The translations under genes and the position numbers were made by a program. From positions 1 to 64,000 of IMG/VR virus record IMGVR_UViG_3300032144_000003: DNA of 64,000 bases. One strand, 5' to 3'. Shown in pieces: positions 36,588 through 45,664 of this stretch. The notes under the pieces were generated by a model. The model did not search any database. It was not told the origin of the DNA and saw only the letters and a program-made list of their open reading frames with translations. The stretch is from a virus. Within the stretch, counting starts at the first letter, position 1; each line of letters opens with the position of its first letter.

Positions 36588-36856
36588 CCGAGCAACAAAA
36601 GCAACGATTCGACGCCGCGTGCAAGGTGCTTGATTACGGGGCTTTCATTCCTCCGACTGGCCACTTTATCCAAGTGGCATTGCCGTGGCTCTCCCAGAAC
36701 ACGGAAGGTTTCGACCTGTCATGCAACCGCATTCCATCCAAGGGGCATGAATGGCGGCTGTCGCTCAACGCCGCCAACAGATTCACCGGCCCCGACCTCG
36801 TGAGCGTGCTAGTCGATGCCGTGCTGAAAGTGGCGGAAAAGAAAGGTGATCCATGA
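36584..36856 (+). CDS. hypothetical protein
   Basis: 90 aa, ATGA-coupled. Confidence 0.35.
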   Translation: MTEQQKQRFDAACKVLDYGAFIPPTGHFIQVALPWLSQNTEGFDLSCNRIPSKGHEWRLSLNAANRFTGPDLVSVLVDAVLKVAEKKGDP

Positions 36857-37014
36857 TCCCCAAGAGTGAGCGACAATTCGGCACGGGCGGTGGCGGACAA
36901 TCAAAGTCTGGAAAGACGGTCCCGTTTTTCTGCAAGCGGTGCGGGAAGATTGTCTCGCGAAAAATGGTTCTCCAGTACGTAGACGTGTGCCGGAAATGCC
37001 GGACAACCAAATGA
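36853..37014 (+). CDS. small zinc-ribbon protein (below ORF-track cutoff)
   Basis: ATGA-coupled 53-aa ORF read by hand: ...FFCKRCGKIVSRKMVLQYVDVCRKCRTTK. Confidence 0.3.
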   Translation: MIPKSERQFGTGGGGQSKSGKTVPFFCKRCGKIVSRKMVLQYVDVCRKCRTTK

Positions 37015-37024
37015 GGAAATAGCA

Positions 37025-37429
37025 ATGAGCCGCAGTAACTACAGCGACGAGCTTTATGATAAAGAGGTGAACCACTGGCGAAGAAAAGTGAACAGAGCCA
37101 TCCGCAGTAAGCGGGGGCAGAAGTTCCTGGCCGAATTGGCAGCGGCGCTAGATGCCATGCCAAATCGGAGGCTGATAACCGGCACGCTCGCCACTGAAGC
37201 GGGCGAATGCTGCGCGCTGGGGGCAGTCTGTCTCGCACGCGGAATAGACGCTGATGAGATACCTCAATACGACCCCAAGGCTGTTGGCAATGCCCTTGGC
37301 ATTTCCGAAGCGATGGCGGCGGAGATCGCATATCTGAACGACGAAGATTTCGATTCCGAGACGCCGCAGCAGAGATGGTCTTCGATGCGTGAATGGGTCG
37401 CGAAGCAAATCAAGGAGCACAACCAATGA
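37025..37429 (+). CDS. hypothetical protein
   Basis: 134-aa ORF. Confidence 0.4.
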   Translation: MSRSNYSDELYDKEVNHWRRKVNRAIRSKRGQKFLAELAAALDAMPNRRLITGTLATEAGECCALGAVCLARGIDADEIPQYDPKAVGNALGISEAMAAEIAYLNDEDFDSETPQQRWSSMREWVAKQIKEHNQ

Positions 37430-37929
37430 CTGACGACAGAATCCCGCAGCGGTTTCGGTATAAAAGGAATAACATCGTGCAATGGGGCGTGGCAAGCCCA
37501 TTGCCGGGGTCCGTCGATTGGATTGTTCGTCGGCTATCAGAGAAAGGCTGGAGCGATCAATGCGGCGAGAAAAGAATTAACGTCCTGCTGGAAAGCATAG
37601 GCTGCATCGAGATCAAATGGCTCGACCACGACTACGACTGGTCCGGCAAGCCAACGGACCCTGAGCCGCCGGTGAAGCTGTACAGCGTGGCGGTCACATA
37701 CGAGCGAGTCCTGATGATCGCCGCCGTCAGCGAGCAGGACGCACTGGAGTGTACCGAGAAGTGGTATGAATCGGCGATCACCAAATATGCCGTGCGTTCA
37801 GACACAGTGACCGGCGCGGAACCTATGCCGCCGGGGCCTTTCGATTCTCACGCGGACGACTGCACGGGCAAGGCTGCTCACTACTTCAAGGACGGCGTGT
37901 ACTCACCGCAGGGGGCAACCAATGGCTGA
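37426..37929 (+). CDS. hypothetical protein
   Basis: ATGA-coupled, 167 aa. Confidence 0.4.
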   Translation: MTDDRIPQRFRYKRNNIVQWGVASPLPGSVDWIVRRLSEKGWSDQCGEKRINVLLESIGCIEIKWLDHDYDWSGKPTDPEPPVKLYSVAVTYERVLMIAAVSEQDALECTEKWYESAITKYAVRSDTVTGAEPMPPGPFDSHADDCTGKAAHYFKDGVYSPQGATNG

Positions 37930-38899
37930 GCAGACCAAGATTCAGTGGTGCGATCACACGCTTAACCCTTGGCGTGGATGTTCGCACGTCCATGCTGGTT
38001 GCGACAACTGCTACGCCGAAGCACTGGGCAAGCGATTTCCGCAGACGCTCGGGGCGTGGGGCGACAATGGAACACGCGTCGTCGCTGCCGAGAGCTACTG
38101 GAAGCTGCCAGAGAAGTGGAACCGTCAGGCCGAACAGGTGGGCGTTCGCCGCAAGGTGTTCTGCGCGTCGCTGGCGGACGTGTTCGAGGATTGGTGTGGG
38201 CCGATGCTCGACAATAGGGGACGCGAACTGTTTGTGGATGGAGACGAATGGTTCGCGCCAGGCAAGGATTTCTTTGCCATGAGTCCAGGGGTGACTATGC
38301 ACGACGTGCGGTATCGACTGTTCAGCGTCATTGACGCCACTCCGCATCTTGATTGGCTGCTGGTGACGAAGCGACCAGAGAACATTCGGCGGATGTGGCC
38401 GCTGCTGTTTCCGAATGGGGCTGAGACGCATGGTTGCCCGCATTGCCTGGGCGCGGGATGCAGTGGATGCCACGACGGGGAAACCGCGCACCGTCCCAAC
38501 GTCTGGCTGCTGACCAGCGTGTCCGACCAAGCGACGGCAGACAAGATGATCCCCGACTTGCTCCAGTGCCGCGACCTGTCGCCCGTGCTGGGGATCAGTG
38601 CCGAGCCGCTGCTATCGGAGATTGACCTGTCGCGGTGGCTGCAATTCCAAGGCCCGTCGTGGCGATTCACCAAGGATGGCATCGGGTATCCGCCCCTCGG
38701 CTGGGTCATCATCGGCTGCGAGTCCGGCCCCAACCGCCGCCCAACTCCTGACGGGGCCATCGAGTCCATTGTGGACCAATGCGCCGCCGCCGGAGTGGCC
38801 TGTTTCGTCAAGCAGATCGAGGTTCACGGCAAAGTCACCGGCGACATCGACCAGTTCCCCCAGCGGCTGCAAGTCAGACAGTACCCAGAGGTGAAGTGA
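37922..38899 (+). CDS. phage Gp37/Gp68 family protein (DUF5131)
   Basis: The N-terminus MAEQTKIQWCDHTLNPWRGCSHVHAGCDNCYAEALGKRF matches the family hallmark (IEWT..TWNP..GC...S.GC.NCYA). Confidence 0.75.
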   Translation: MAEQTKIQWCDHTLNPWRGCSHVHAGCDNCYAEALGKRFPQTLGAWGDNGTRVVAAESYWKLPEKWNRQAEQVGVRRKVFCASLADVFEDWCGPMLDNRGRELFVDGDEWFAPGKDFFAMSPGVTMHDVRYRLFSVIDATPHLDWLLVTKRPENIRRMWPLLFPNGAETHGCPHCLGAGCSGCHDGETAHRPNVWLLTSVSDQATADKMIPDLLQCRDLSPVLGISAEPLLSEIDLSRWLQFQGPSWRFTKDGIGYPPLGWVIIGCESGPNRRPTPDGAIESIVDQCAAAGVACFVKQIEVHGKVTGDIDQFPQRLQVRQYPEVK

Positions 38900-39102
38900 T
38901 GTGGCAGAGAATCGTGAACTGGTACGACTGGAAAATCTACAAGCTGGCAGGCTACTCGCTCCGGCGACTGGCTCGCAGCGACGGTGGCGGATTCGTCTAC
39001 CTGTTGAAACTCCGCTTGGACAACTGGTTGGAAGAACACCCCGTCAGCGACAGCCTGAAGCGGGCGACGGAAGAATTTCACAACGCGCTGAGGAAGAAGT
39101 GA
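38899..39102 (+). CDS. hypothetical protein
   Basis: ATG overlaps the upstream TGA. 67 aa. Confidence 0.3.
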   Translation: MWQRIVNWYDWKIYKLAGYSLRRLARSDGGGFVYLLKLRLDNWLEEHPVSDSLKRATEEFHNALRKK

Positions 39103-39488
39103 TGTGGATAACCATTGACCGCACGAATGATGAAACGCTGAAGGCCACGCTGCCGACTGAGGCGGATGCTGATGAACATGGGGAAGTGTTGTGGATGACA
39201 CCGCACCTCGGCTCTGTAGCATGTACATGGGACGACGGAGGCTGGCACAGAGCCCCAGTTGCCTGGATGCCGATTCCGCCGCTCGTCCAATGGCCGTTCC
39301 CATTCAACCGCTCTCCAAGCACTTTGTACACGGTGGTCACGCGACAGGGAGCACTCACCACACAATCGTCGCCGACACTAGAAAGCGCACGGACGATGGT
39401 GAAATTGCAGGATCGATTTTTCCCACAAGGTGCCCCTCACGTTGTCGTCGAATATCGTCCCTACCGAATCATGGAGAAGCCAGAATGA
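39102..39488 (+). CDS. hypothetical protein
   Basis: 128 aa, coupled start. Confidence 0.35.
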   Translation: MWITIDRTNDETLKATLPTEADADEHGEVLWMTPHLGSVACTWDDGGWHRAPVAWMPIPPLVQWPFPFNRSPSTLYTVVTRQGALTTQSSPTLESARTMVKLQDRFFPQGAPHVVVEYRPYRIMEKPE

Positions 39489-39901
39489 GCACGCACAAAG
39501 AAACAATCATGTTCACCATCGATGTACCTGATGAGTATACAGCGGATTTGGATGGCAAGGGGAACGGTGAGTTCAGGCCGTGGGAGGTGGGAGAGTCGTT
39601 TCTTACCTCCATCGGGGCTGTTTGCAAGTACACCCACTGCGGCAGTAAAGGTGATAGTCGCATTATCCTCAAACCCAAGCCTCACCCTTGGCCGGAGTGC
39701 CCGGAGAAGCTGAAGGGGAAGGGTTGGCGGCTGAGACGAAACAAACACACAAAGGACACGTTCCTCGAATCCAAAGCCGCGCCCGCGCTTCCGGTTATAT
39801 TTTTGGAGCGGTCCGGAAAACAGACTCTAATATGCGAAGACCTCGGTATCGACCCATCCACCATCCCAACCAACATCCCGCCAGAAGGGATTGAATTATG
39901 A
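39485..39901 (+). CDS. hypothetical protein
   Basis: 138 aa, ATGA-coupled. Confidence 0.35.
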   Translation: MSTHKETIMFTIDVPDEYTADLDGKGNGEFRPWEVGESFLTSIGAVCKYTHCGSKGDSRIILKPKPHPWPECPEKLKGKGWRLRRNKHTKDTFLESKAAPALPVIFLERSGKQTLICEDLGIDPSTIPTNIPPEGIEL

Positions 39902-40362
39902 ACAACACGCAAACACTCCAACTGATCATTCCAGGGTACGTGCAGATTCCCGCAGACTGCGAGCCGATAGCCAAAGCAAAGCTGGCAGAGAAGGGCGACA
40001 CATTCCTGGGCGTGGAACCGGGCACAGGCCGCACGCACTTCAGCGTCGCCATCAACCGGGAGGACATCGGCTCTATTCGCGTCGTCCTCCGCAAAAAACG
40101 CCAGTACCCGGACTTCCTTCGCGGCAAGGGGCTGTGGATTGCGGAGGATAAGTGCGGGAACGTGTCTGTCTACGACGACAAGCCAGAGGCAAATAACTAT
40201 CAATGGCTACAGACTCCGCCTGGCAAACTCCACTCAAACGATCCGAATAATGTTCGTCGTGGCGACAAGTGGTCCGCACTCGCCGTGAAACTCGGCTTCG
40301 ACTTCACCCCGCCGGAGTGGGAAGGCCGTCCCTGGACTGAACGCTGCACGGAGATTGTGTGA
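39898..40362 (+). CDS. hypothetical protein
   Basis: 154 aa, ATGA-coupled. Confidence 0.35.
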   Translation: MNNTQTLQLIIPGYVQIPADCEPIAKAKLAEKGDTFLGVEPGTGRTHFSVAINREDIGSIRVVLRKKRQYPDFLRGKGLWIAEDKCGNVSVYDDKPEANNYQWLQTPPGKLHSNDPNNVRRGDKWSALAVKLGFDFTPPEWEGRPWTERCTEIV

Positions 40363-40760
40363 TGACCGACCCCGCAACCCTAACCGAAGACCACGTGCGG
40401 ACCCTGACCGGCGAAGACCTCGACCGGGCCGTGGAGTATTGGGTGTACGGCGACGAATGGCTGTCCTTCGCCCGCGAGTGCGACGCCAAGCTCCGTGCCG
40501 TGCTGTCGCAGGTGGCCACCACTGTGACGGACGCGGACGCACGCCCCCGCCGGTTCCACGCCGACGCCAACCTGTGCCTGCCGTGGTTTGAGAAGGGCGG
40601 GCCATTGCACATAGCGGCATTAGACTGCTACCCGGAGTGGGCCATCGCGGTCTACGGCTTAACTCGCCCGGTACGACTGGCGGACAGCACGTTCATGGAA
40701 GCCGCCTGCCGCGCGGCGGTGCTGGTGAAGATGCGCGAGAAGGCAAAGGAAGCGACGTGA
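40362..40760 (+). CDS. hypothetical protein
   Basis: ATG 40362 (or GTG 40359) overlaps the upstream stop. Confidence 0.35.
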   Translation: MTDPATLTEDHVRTLTGEDLDRAVEYWVYGDEWLSFARECDAKLRAVLSQVATTVTDADARPRRFHADANLCLPWFEKGGPLHIAALDCYPEWAIAVYGLTRPVRLADSTFMEAACRAAVLVKMREKAKEAT

Positions 40761-40776
40761 CGGCGTGCGGAACGAT

Positions 40777-40837
40777 TTTCAGAAAATCCGCAAATCACAT
40801 GATCCAACCATCAGTACCGTGCGTTCTATTGATGTCT
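40777..40837 (+). promoter_or_regulatory. conserved promoter-like element, copy A
   Basis: TTTCAGAAAATCCGCAAATCACA TGATCC(40800-05) N16 CGTTCTATT(40822-30), 40 nt upstream of ATG 40870. Confidence 0.5.
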
Positions 40838-40869
40838 GTCCGCTTCACCAATTCACGGGAGCATCACAA

Positions 40870-41289
40870 ATGTCAGCCATCTACGAACACGACTTCAGCG
40901 ACTCGGAAATCAATCCCGGCCCGGACACGCGCGACGAGCACCTGTACGCCATCTACGTCGCGGAGCGGAATTCCCTTGCCGGATGGGTCATGGTGGATGA
41001 TGACGACGAACGGACCAATGCCAGTGACAAGCTGGCGGCATGGCTGTTTACGCACGCTCCGTTGGACTTCAGCGACGGGTATCTGCTTGATCTGACCTGG
41101 GACGTGCGGCTGACGGCGCATCCTCAAGAGGCGTCCACGGACCGGGGCACGATGCGCTGGACGGACTGGGACACCGAGATCATCGGGCTGACCGTGAAGA
41201 TGGGCGACAAGTCCGTCAAGGTCCGGGACTGCGATCTGGAAGCGTTCGAGGAACTGCTGCCGGAGGGATGGGAGCAGCGGCTGCTGTAA
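40870..41289 (+). CDS. hypothetical acidic protein
   Basis: First ATG downstream of element A. 139 aa. Confidence 0.35.
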   Translation: MSAIYEHDFSDSEINPGPDTRDEHLYAIYVAERNSLAGWVMVDDDDERTNASDKLAAWLFTHAPLDFSDGYLLDLTWDVRLTAHPQEASTDRGTMRWTDWDTEIIGLTVKMGDKSVKVRDCDLEAFEELLPEGWEQRLL

Positions 41290-41382
41290 TGAATCTCAGA
41301 AATTGTGTGATCCATGCAAGACTCCGCTGCGTTCTGATTGTGTCCTGTCCATTTCAACCACAATCAGACACGAGGGAAATAG

Positions 41383-42894
41383 ATGCCCGCTTACATCGAC
41401 CAGTTTCGAGCCGTTCGCCGCGTTGGGGTGCCCATCGTGGCGCTCAACACGCCAGACCCAGCAGCGGCAATGAACACCCTGACGCCGTACTGCAATGGTC
41501 GCCAGGACGGCCAGGAAAGCGACCCGCCGCGAATCGAATGGGACTTGGTTCGCGGCATGACGGGCCGCAACAAAGAGGGGCGGGACTGGGTGTCCCAGCA
41601 CGCCAATCCCCTCGACGCCACGAAGAATAATCCGGTGGCGCTGGCCACGCTGATTCGCGAGAAGCTGGACGCCGGTGGCATCGTGTTCATGCACATGGGC
41701 CATCGCTTCATCGAGAATCCGGGAGTCATCCAAGCGATCTGGAACCTGCGAGATGTCTTCAAGCAGGACCATCGCACGCTCATCATTCTGACCCGCGGCC
41801 TGAAGCTGCCTGTGGAATTGCAGGACGATGTGATCGTGTTGGAGGAAGAACTGCCGGACGCTGCCAAGCTGACGTTGATCGTCAACGAGATGCACGAGGC
41901 GGCAGACTTGGAGGTGCCGAGCGAAGATCAGACCGGCAAGGCAATCGAGGCGTTGCGTGGTTTGTCGGCGTTCGCCGCAGAACAAGTGACGGCCATGAGC
42001 CTGACCCCGCAGGGACTCGACATGGCCAACCTGTGGAAGCGAAAGAAGCAGCAGGTGGAGCAGTGTCCGGCGCTCAAGGTGCTGGATGACCCAGAAGCCC
42101 GGTTTGAAAACATTGGCGGATGCGCTGTGGTGAAGGACTTTACCAGCCGCATCATGCGTGGCAACGGACGGCCCAACGCCATCGTGTTTGTGGACGAGAT
42201 TGAAAAGTCGCTGGCCGGTCAGGGCGACACGTCGGGCGTGTCTCAGGATCAACTGGGGGTGATCCTGTCCTACATGCAGGATCAGAAGTCAACAGGCATG
42301 ATTTTTGTGGGACCACCCGGAGCCGCCAAGTCGGCCATCGCCAAGGCAATGGGCACTGAGGGGGGGGTGCCGACGCTCCAGTTGGACCTGGGTGGAGCGA
42401 AAGGGTCTTTGGTGGGACAGAGCGAAGCGCAGATTCGTCAGGCGCTGAGCGTTGTTACGGCGGTCAGCAACGGTAAGGCTATGTGGGTCGCGACGTGCAA
42501 CAGCATTGCAGACCTGCCACCGGAATTGCGGAGGCGGTTCACGCTGGGGACATACTTTTTCGACCTGCCGACCGCTGACGAGAGGGCCAAGATTTGGGCC
42601 ATCTACCTGAAGCAGTTCGAGATCGAATATGCGAACGTGGCTGATGAAGGGTGGACTGGCGCGGAGATCAAGCAGTGCTGCGAGATCGCGTGGCGGTTGG
42701 GGTGTTCTCTGAAAGAGGCGGCGGCGTTCATTGTTCCGGTCGCAAAAAGCGCTGGCGACAAGATTAGCGACCTGCGGAAACAGGCCAGCGGGCGGTTTCT
42801 CTCCGCGAGCTACGCTGGCGTCTACGAGCAGGACCGTAAACAGGACGGTAAGGCGGAAGGAAGTACGCGGGCACGGAAGCTGGCCATCGGATAG
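41383..42894 (+). CDS. AAA-family ATPase (Ycf46-like) with unusual motif order
   Basis: GPPGAAKSAIAKAMG (Walker A), AIVFVDEIEK (Walker-B-like), VATCNSIADLPPELRRRF (sensor / Arg finger region). Confidence 0.75.
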   Translation: MPAYIDQFRAVRRVGVPIVALNTPDPAAAMNTLTPYCNGRQDGQESDPPRIEWDLVRGMTGRNKEGRDWVSQHANPLDATKNNPVALATLIREKLDAGGIVFMHMGHRFIENPGVIQAIWNLRDVFKQDHRTLIILTRGLKLPVELQDDVIVLEEELPDAAKLTLIVNEMHEAADLEVPSEDQTGKAIEALRGLSAFAAEQVTAMSLTPQGLDMANLWKRKKQQVEQCPALKVLDDPEARFENIGGCAVVKDFTSRIMRGNGRPNAIVFVDEIEKSLAGQGDTSGVSQDQLGVILSYMQDQKSTGMIFVGPPGAAKSAIAKAMGTEGGVPTLQLDLGGAKGSLVGQSEAQIRQALSVVTAVSNGKAMWVATCNSIADLPPELRRRFTLGTYFFDLPTADERAKIWAIYLKQFEIEYANVADEGWTGAEIKQCCEIAWRLGCSLKEAAAFIVPVAKSAGDKISDLRKQASGRFLSASYAGVYEQDRKQDGKAEGSTRARKLAIG

Positions 42895-42901
42895 GGCGAC
42901 A

Positions 42902-42961
42902 TTTCAGAAAATCTACAAATCACGTGATCCAATCATTAGTACCGTGCGTTCTATTAGTGTC
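42902..42961 (+). promoter_or_regulatory. conserved promoter-like element, copy B
   Basis: TTTCAGAAAATCTACAAATCACG TGATCC(42925-30) N16 CGTTCTATT(42947-55), 42 nt upstream of ATG 42997. Confidence 0.5.
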
Positions 42962-42996
42962 CTCAGTCACACACCCACACACCTCAGGAGACAATC

Positions 42997-44037
42997 ATGT
43001 CGGCCGATCTTTTTCCGATGCAGACAGACGACCAAGTTGACGACAGCATCATTGACGCGGAGTTTGAATTCACGGACGAGCCGGTCAACGAGTTCGCTCC
43101 TGTCTCGCAGGCGACGCCGTCTGGACCGGCTCCTGATTTCGTCCGGCAGTTGCGGGAGGAGACGCTGGGGTGCAAGATCACCATTCACCGCTTCGGGACG
43201 TCGCGGCAACTGCCCACGGAACAGGTCCGCCAGGCAGCGGAGACGTTCCATGCGTCAGCGGGAATGATGAGTGCCAGTAAGAAGCTTTTGGACCGGCGCG
43301 ACCCACGGGTGAAGCGGGTGGCGGCTGTGCTGTCTCAGGCGTCGCAGTTCTGGTACGCATCCACGATTGATTTCCCAGTCAATGGCATCCGCCTGATCAA
43401 CAAGAAACGCATCGGGACATTCAACAGCCGCATTCAGGAGATGCAGGAGACACTCGCGGAAGCCTGTGCGGACCTGCAAGCGGCATGGGACGAGATCAAG
43501 GCCAATGCCCGAAACACGCTGGGCGATCTGTACAACGAACTGGATTACCCTCCGAACATCGCGTCGATGTTTTCCATCGAGGTGGACTATCCCAGTGTCG
43601 AGCCGCCGAACCACCTCAAGGAACTCAACCCCGAACTGTATGAGGCGCAGCAGCAGAAAATCGCGGCGCGTTTCCAGGAGGCGCTGGCGGAAGCCGAAGA
43701 GGCGTTGACGACCTCTCTGGCGGACATGGTAAATCATCTAGTGGAGAAGCTGTCGCCGGAAGATGATGGCAAGAAGAAGGTGCTGTACGAGTCGAGCGTC
43801 GGCAACTTGATGGCGTTCTTTGACGACTTCGAGTCGGTCAACATCCGCTCGAATGAGCAGCTAAACCACGTTGTCGCCCAAGCCAAGAGCATTCTGAGCG
43901 GCGTGGACGTGAAAGAGATTCGCAAGGATGGCAGTCTCCGCCAGAAACTGCTGGACACACTGGCCCCCGTGAAAGAGTCACTGGACGGCATGGTTGCTAC
44001 CAAGCCCAGCCGAGCAATCAGCTTTGACCTGAACTGA
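42997..44037 (+). CDS. hypothetical protein (possibly DUF3150-like)
   Basis: 346 aa. The family guess is from memory of ...LGDLYNELDYPP... type motifs only. Confidence 0.35.
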   Translation: MSADLFPMQTDDQVDDSIIDAEFEFTDEPVNEFAPVSQATPSGPAPDFVRQLREETLGCKITIHRFGTSRQLPTEQVRQAAETFHASAGMMSASKKLLDRRDPRVKRVAAVLSQASQFWYASTIDFPVNGIRLINKKRIGTFNSRIQEMQETLAEACADLQAAWDEIKANARNTLGDLYNELDYPPNIASMFSIEVDYPSVEPPNHLKELNPELYEAQQQKIAARFQEALAEAEEALTTSLADMVNHLVEKLSPEDDGKKKVLYESSVGNLMAFFDDFESVNIRSNEQLNHVVAQAKSILSGVDVKEIRKDGSLRQKLLDTLAPVKESLDGMVATKPSRAISFDLN

Positions 44038-44073
44038 GTCCATCAAGTTTCCAGAAACCAAGCGAGCAGGCCT

Positions 44074-44550
44074 ATGTCTCACATTGCACAAGTCGCGGTC
44101 GAAATCAAATCGCTGGAAGCGCTCAAGGTGGCAGCCGCCCGGTGCGGTCTTGAGTTTCGCGAAGGGAAGCAGACGTACAACTGGTACGGACGCAGCGTCG
44201 GGGACTACCCACTCCCGATGGGATTCACGGCCAGCGAACTGGGGAAGTGCGAGCACGCCATCGGCATACCGGGTTGTCACGCGACAGGCCGTTACGAGCC
44301 TTACGAATTGGGCGTCGTGCGGCGGCGGGACGGCGGAGAAGGGTACACGCTGCTGTGGGATTTCTGGGACGGCGGGCACGGACTGGAGGCGCTGGTGGGG
44401 CAAGACGCCTGCAAGTTGCGACAGGCTTACGCCATCGAAGCTGCCAAGCTGGAATGTCCGGCGGGGTTCTCGTTCTTTGAAACCGTTCTGGCCGACGGAA
44501 CGGTGGAACTCCAGATGGTAGAGCAGGTGTCAATGGGCGCTGGCTGGTAG
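44074..44550 (+). CDS. DUF1257 (Ycf35-like) protein
   Basis: MSHIAQVAVEIKSLEALKVAAARCGLEF...YELGVVRR...GYTLLWDFW. Typical partner of Ycf46-like ATPases. Confidence 0.5.
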   Translation: MSHIAQVAVEIKSLEALKVAAARCGLEFREGKQTYNWYGRSVGDYPLPMGFTASELGKCEHAIGIPGCHATGRYEPYELGVVRRRDGGEGYTLLWDFWDGGHGLEALVGQDACKLRQAYAIEAAKLECPAGFSFFETVLADGTVELQMVEQVSMGAGW

Positions 44551-44609
44551 GCGGCTGGTCGTCGTTACTGAACTGCAAAACAACAACGCAAGGCGAAGGA
44601 ACATGAGCA

Positions 44610-44837
44610 ATGCCACAACCATTTCAGATGCCACGCAAGATCGTCGTCACGGCGAAGCCGGACGGGAGTACCTCAATCCGAGTGGAGGGATCACCGGGGG
44701 CGACGTGCAAAGACCTGACGAAGGCCCTGGAGCAATCGCTGGGAGCCGTTACCGCCGACACGCCAACGGCGGAAATGCACGAACAACCACAGGGGCAGTA
44801 TGCCGGTCAGTCTTCGTTGGCCCAGATGGGTCAGTGA
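44610..44837 (+). CDS. DUF2997-like small protein
   Basis: KIVVTAKPDGSTSIRVEGSPGATCKDLTKALEQSLGAV. Start may be ATG 44628. Confidence 0.45.
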   Translation: MPQPFQMPRKIVVTAKPDGSTSIRVEGSPGATCKDLTKALEQSLGAVTADTPTAEMHEQPQGQYAGQSSLAQMGQ

Positions 44838-45046
44838 AGTTCATCTGGGCGGATGACCTCCGCGACATGCTGTCTCTTGGAGCGGGCGAAATCAGGCGTG
44901 CGTCACACGTGGAACCTACTGTGGACAACCGGTGGGGAGCAGACCTGACGCCGTTCGGGGGGCCAATCCTGGGTCCATTCGAGACTCATGGTGAAGCCAT
45001 CCGGGCAGAGGTTGCGTGGATTCAGAATAAGCTGAGAGGACTGTAA
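44834..45046 (+). CDS. possible small protein
   Basis: GTGA overlap with the upstream stop. 70 aa. Confidence 0.25.
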   Translation: MKFIWADDLRDMLSLGAGEIRRASHVEPTVDNRWGADLTPFGGPILGPFETHGEAIRAEVAWIQNKLRGL

Positions 45047-45145
45047 GGGGTCACGGCGGACCGACGACAACACCCCCGCCCCGTGGTATCGTGACTGTTC
45101 GCGCACTTCGCCGAACATCACCACAAACCCTGGGGCATTTCGAAG

Positions 45146-45664
45146 ATGGCACAACACTTGTCTGAAGACGATCTGACAACACCTGAAGGGCGATTCGCGG
45201 CCAACCTGCGGCGACTGCGATTGCGGGCTGGTATCCGCACTCAACAGGAACTGGCGGACAAGCTGGGCGTCGCACAGAAGGCCGTGTCGCACTGGGAAGT
45301 GGGGCGTCAGCGGCCCGGTACGCTGGCGATGGAATTCCTGCTGTCCGATGCGCTCGGCGTCGCGATTACTGACCTGTATGGGGACTGGCTGCGGAGCGAC
45401 GATCCCGCGAAGTGGCCGATAGACCTGGAGGTCTACGGCTACATGCGGGATGTGCAGGACGTGGCGCTGGACGTGGTGCGGAGACTGCCGGACCGCGCCC
45501 CGGTGACGCGGCTGGTGCAGGACGTGCTGGTGTTGGATCGCAAGCCGGTGGGGGTCACGGAGAAGCTGAAGGCGGAAGCGGTGGAGCAGTTGCAGGAAGT
45601 CCTGCCCAAGCGGACGGACCCGGCCATTGCGCGGTATCTGGTGAGAAAGTTGAGGGAAGCATGA
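45146..45664 (+). CDS. XRE-family (Cro/CI-type) HTH transcriptional regulator
   Basis: FAANLRRLRLRAGIRTQQELADKLGVAQKAVSHWEVGRQRP. Confidence 0.75.
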   Translation: MAQHLSEDDLTTPEGRFAANLRRLRLRAGIRTQQELADKLGVAQKAVSHWEVGRQRPGTLAMEFLLSDALGVAITDLYGDWLRSDDPAKWPIDLEVYGYMRDVQDVALDVVRRLPDRAPVTRLVQDVLVLDRKPVGVTEKLKAEAVEQLQEVLPKRTDPAIARYLVRKLREA

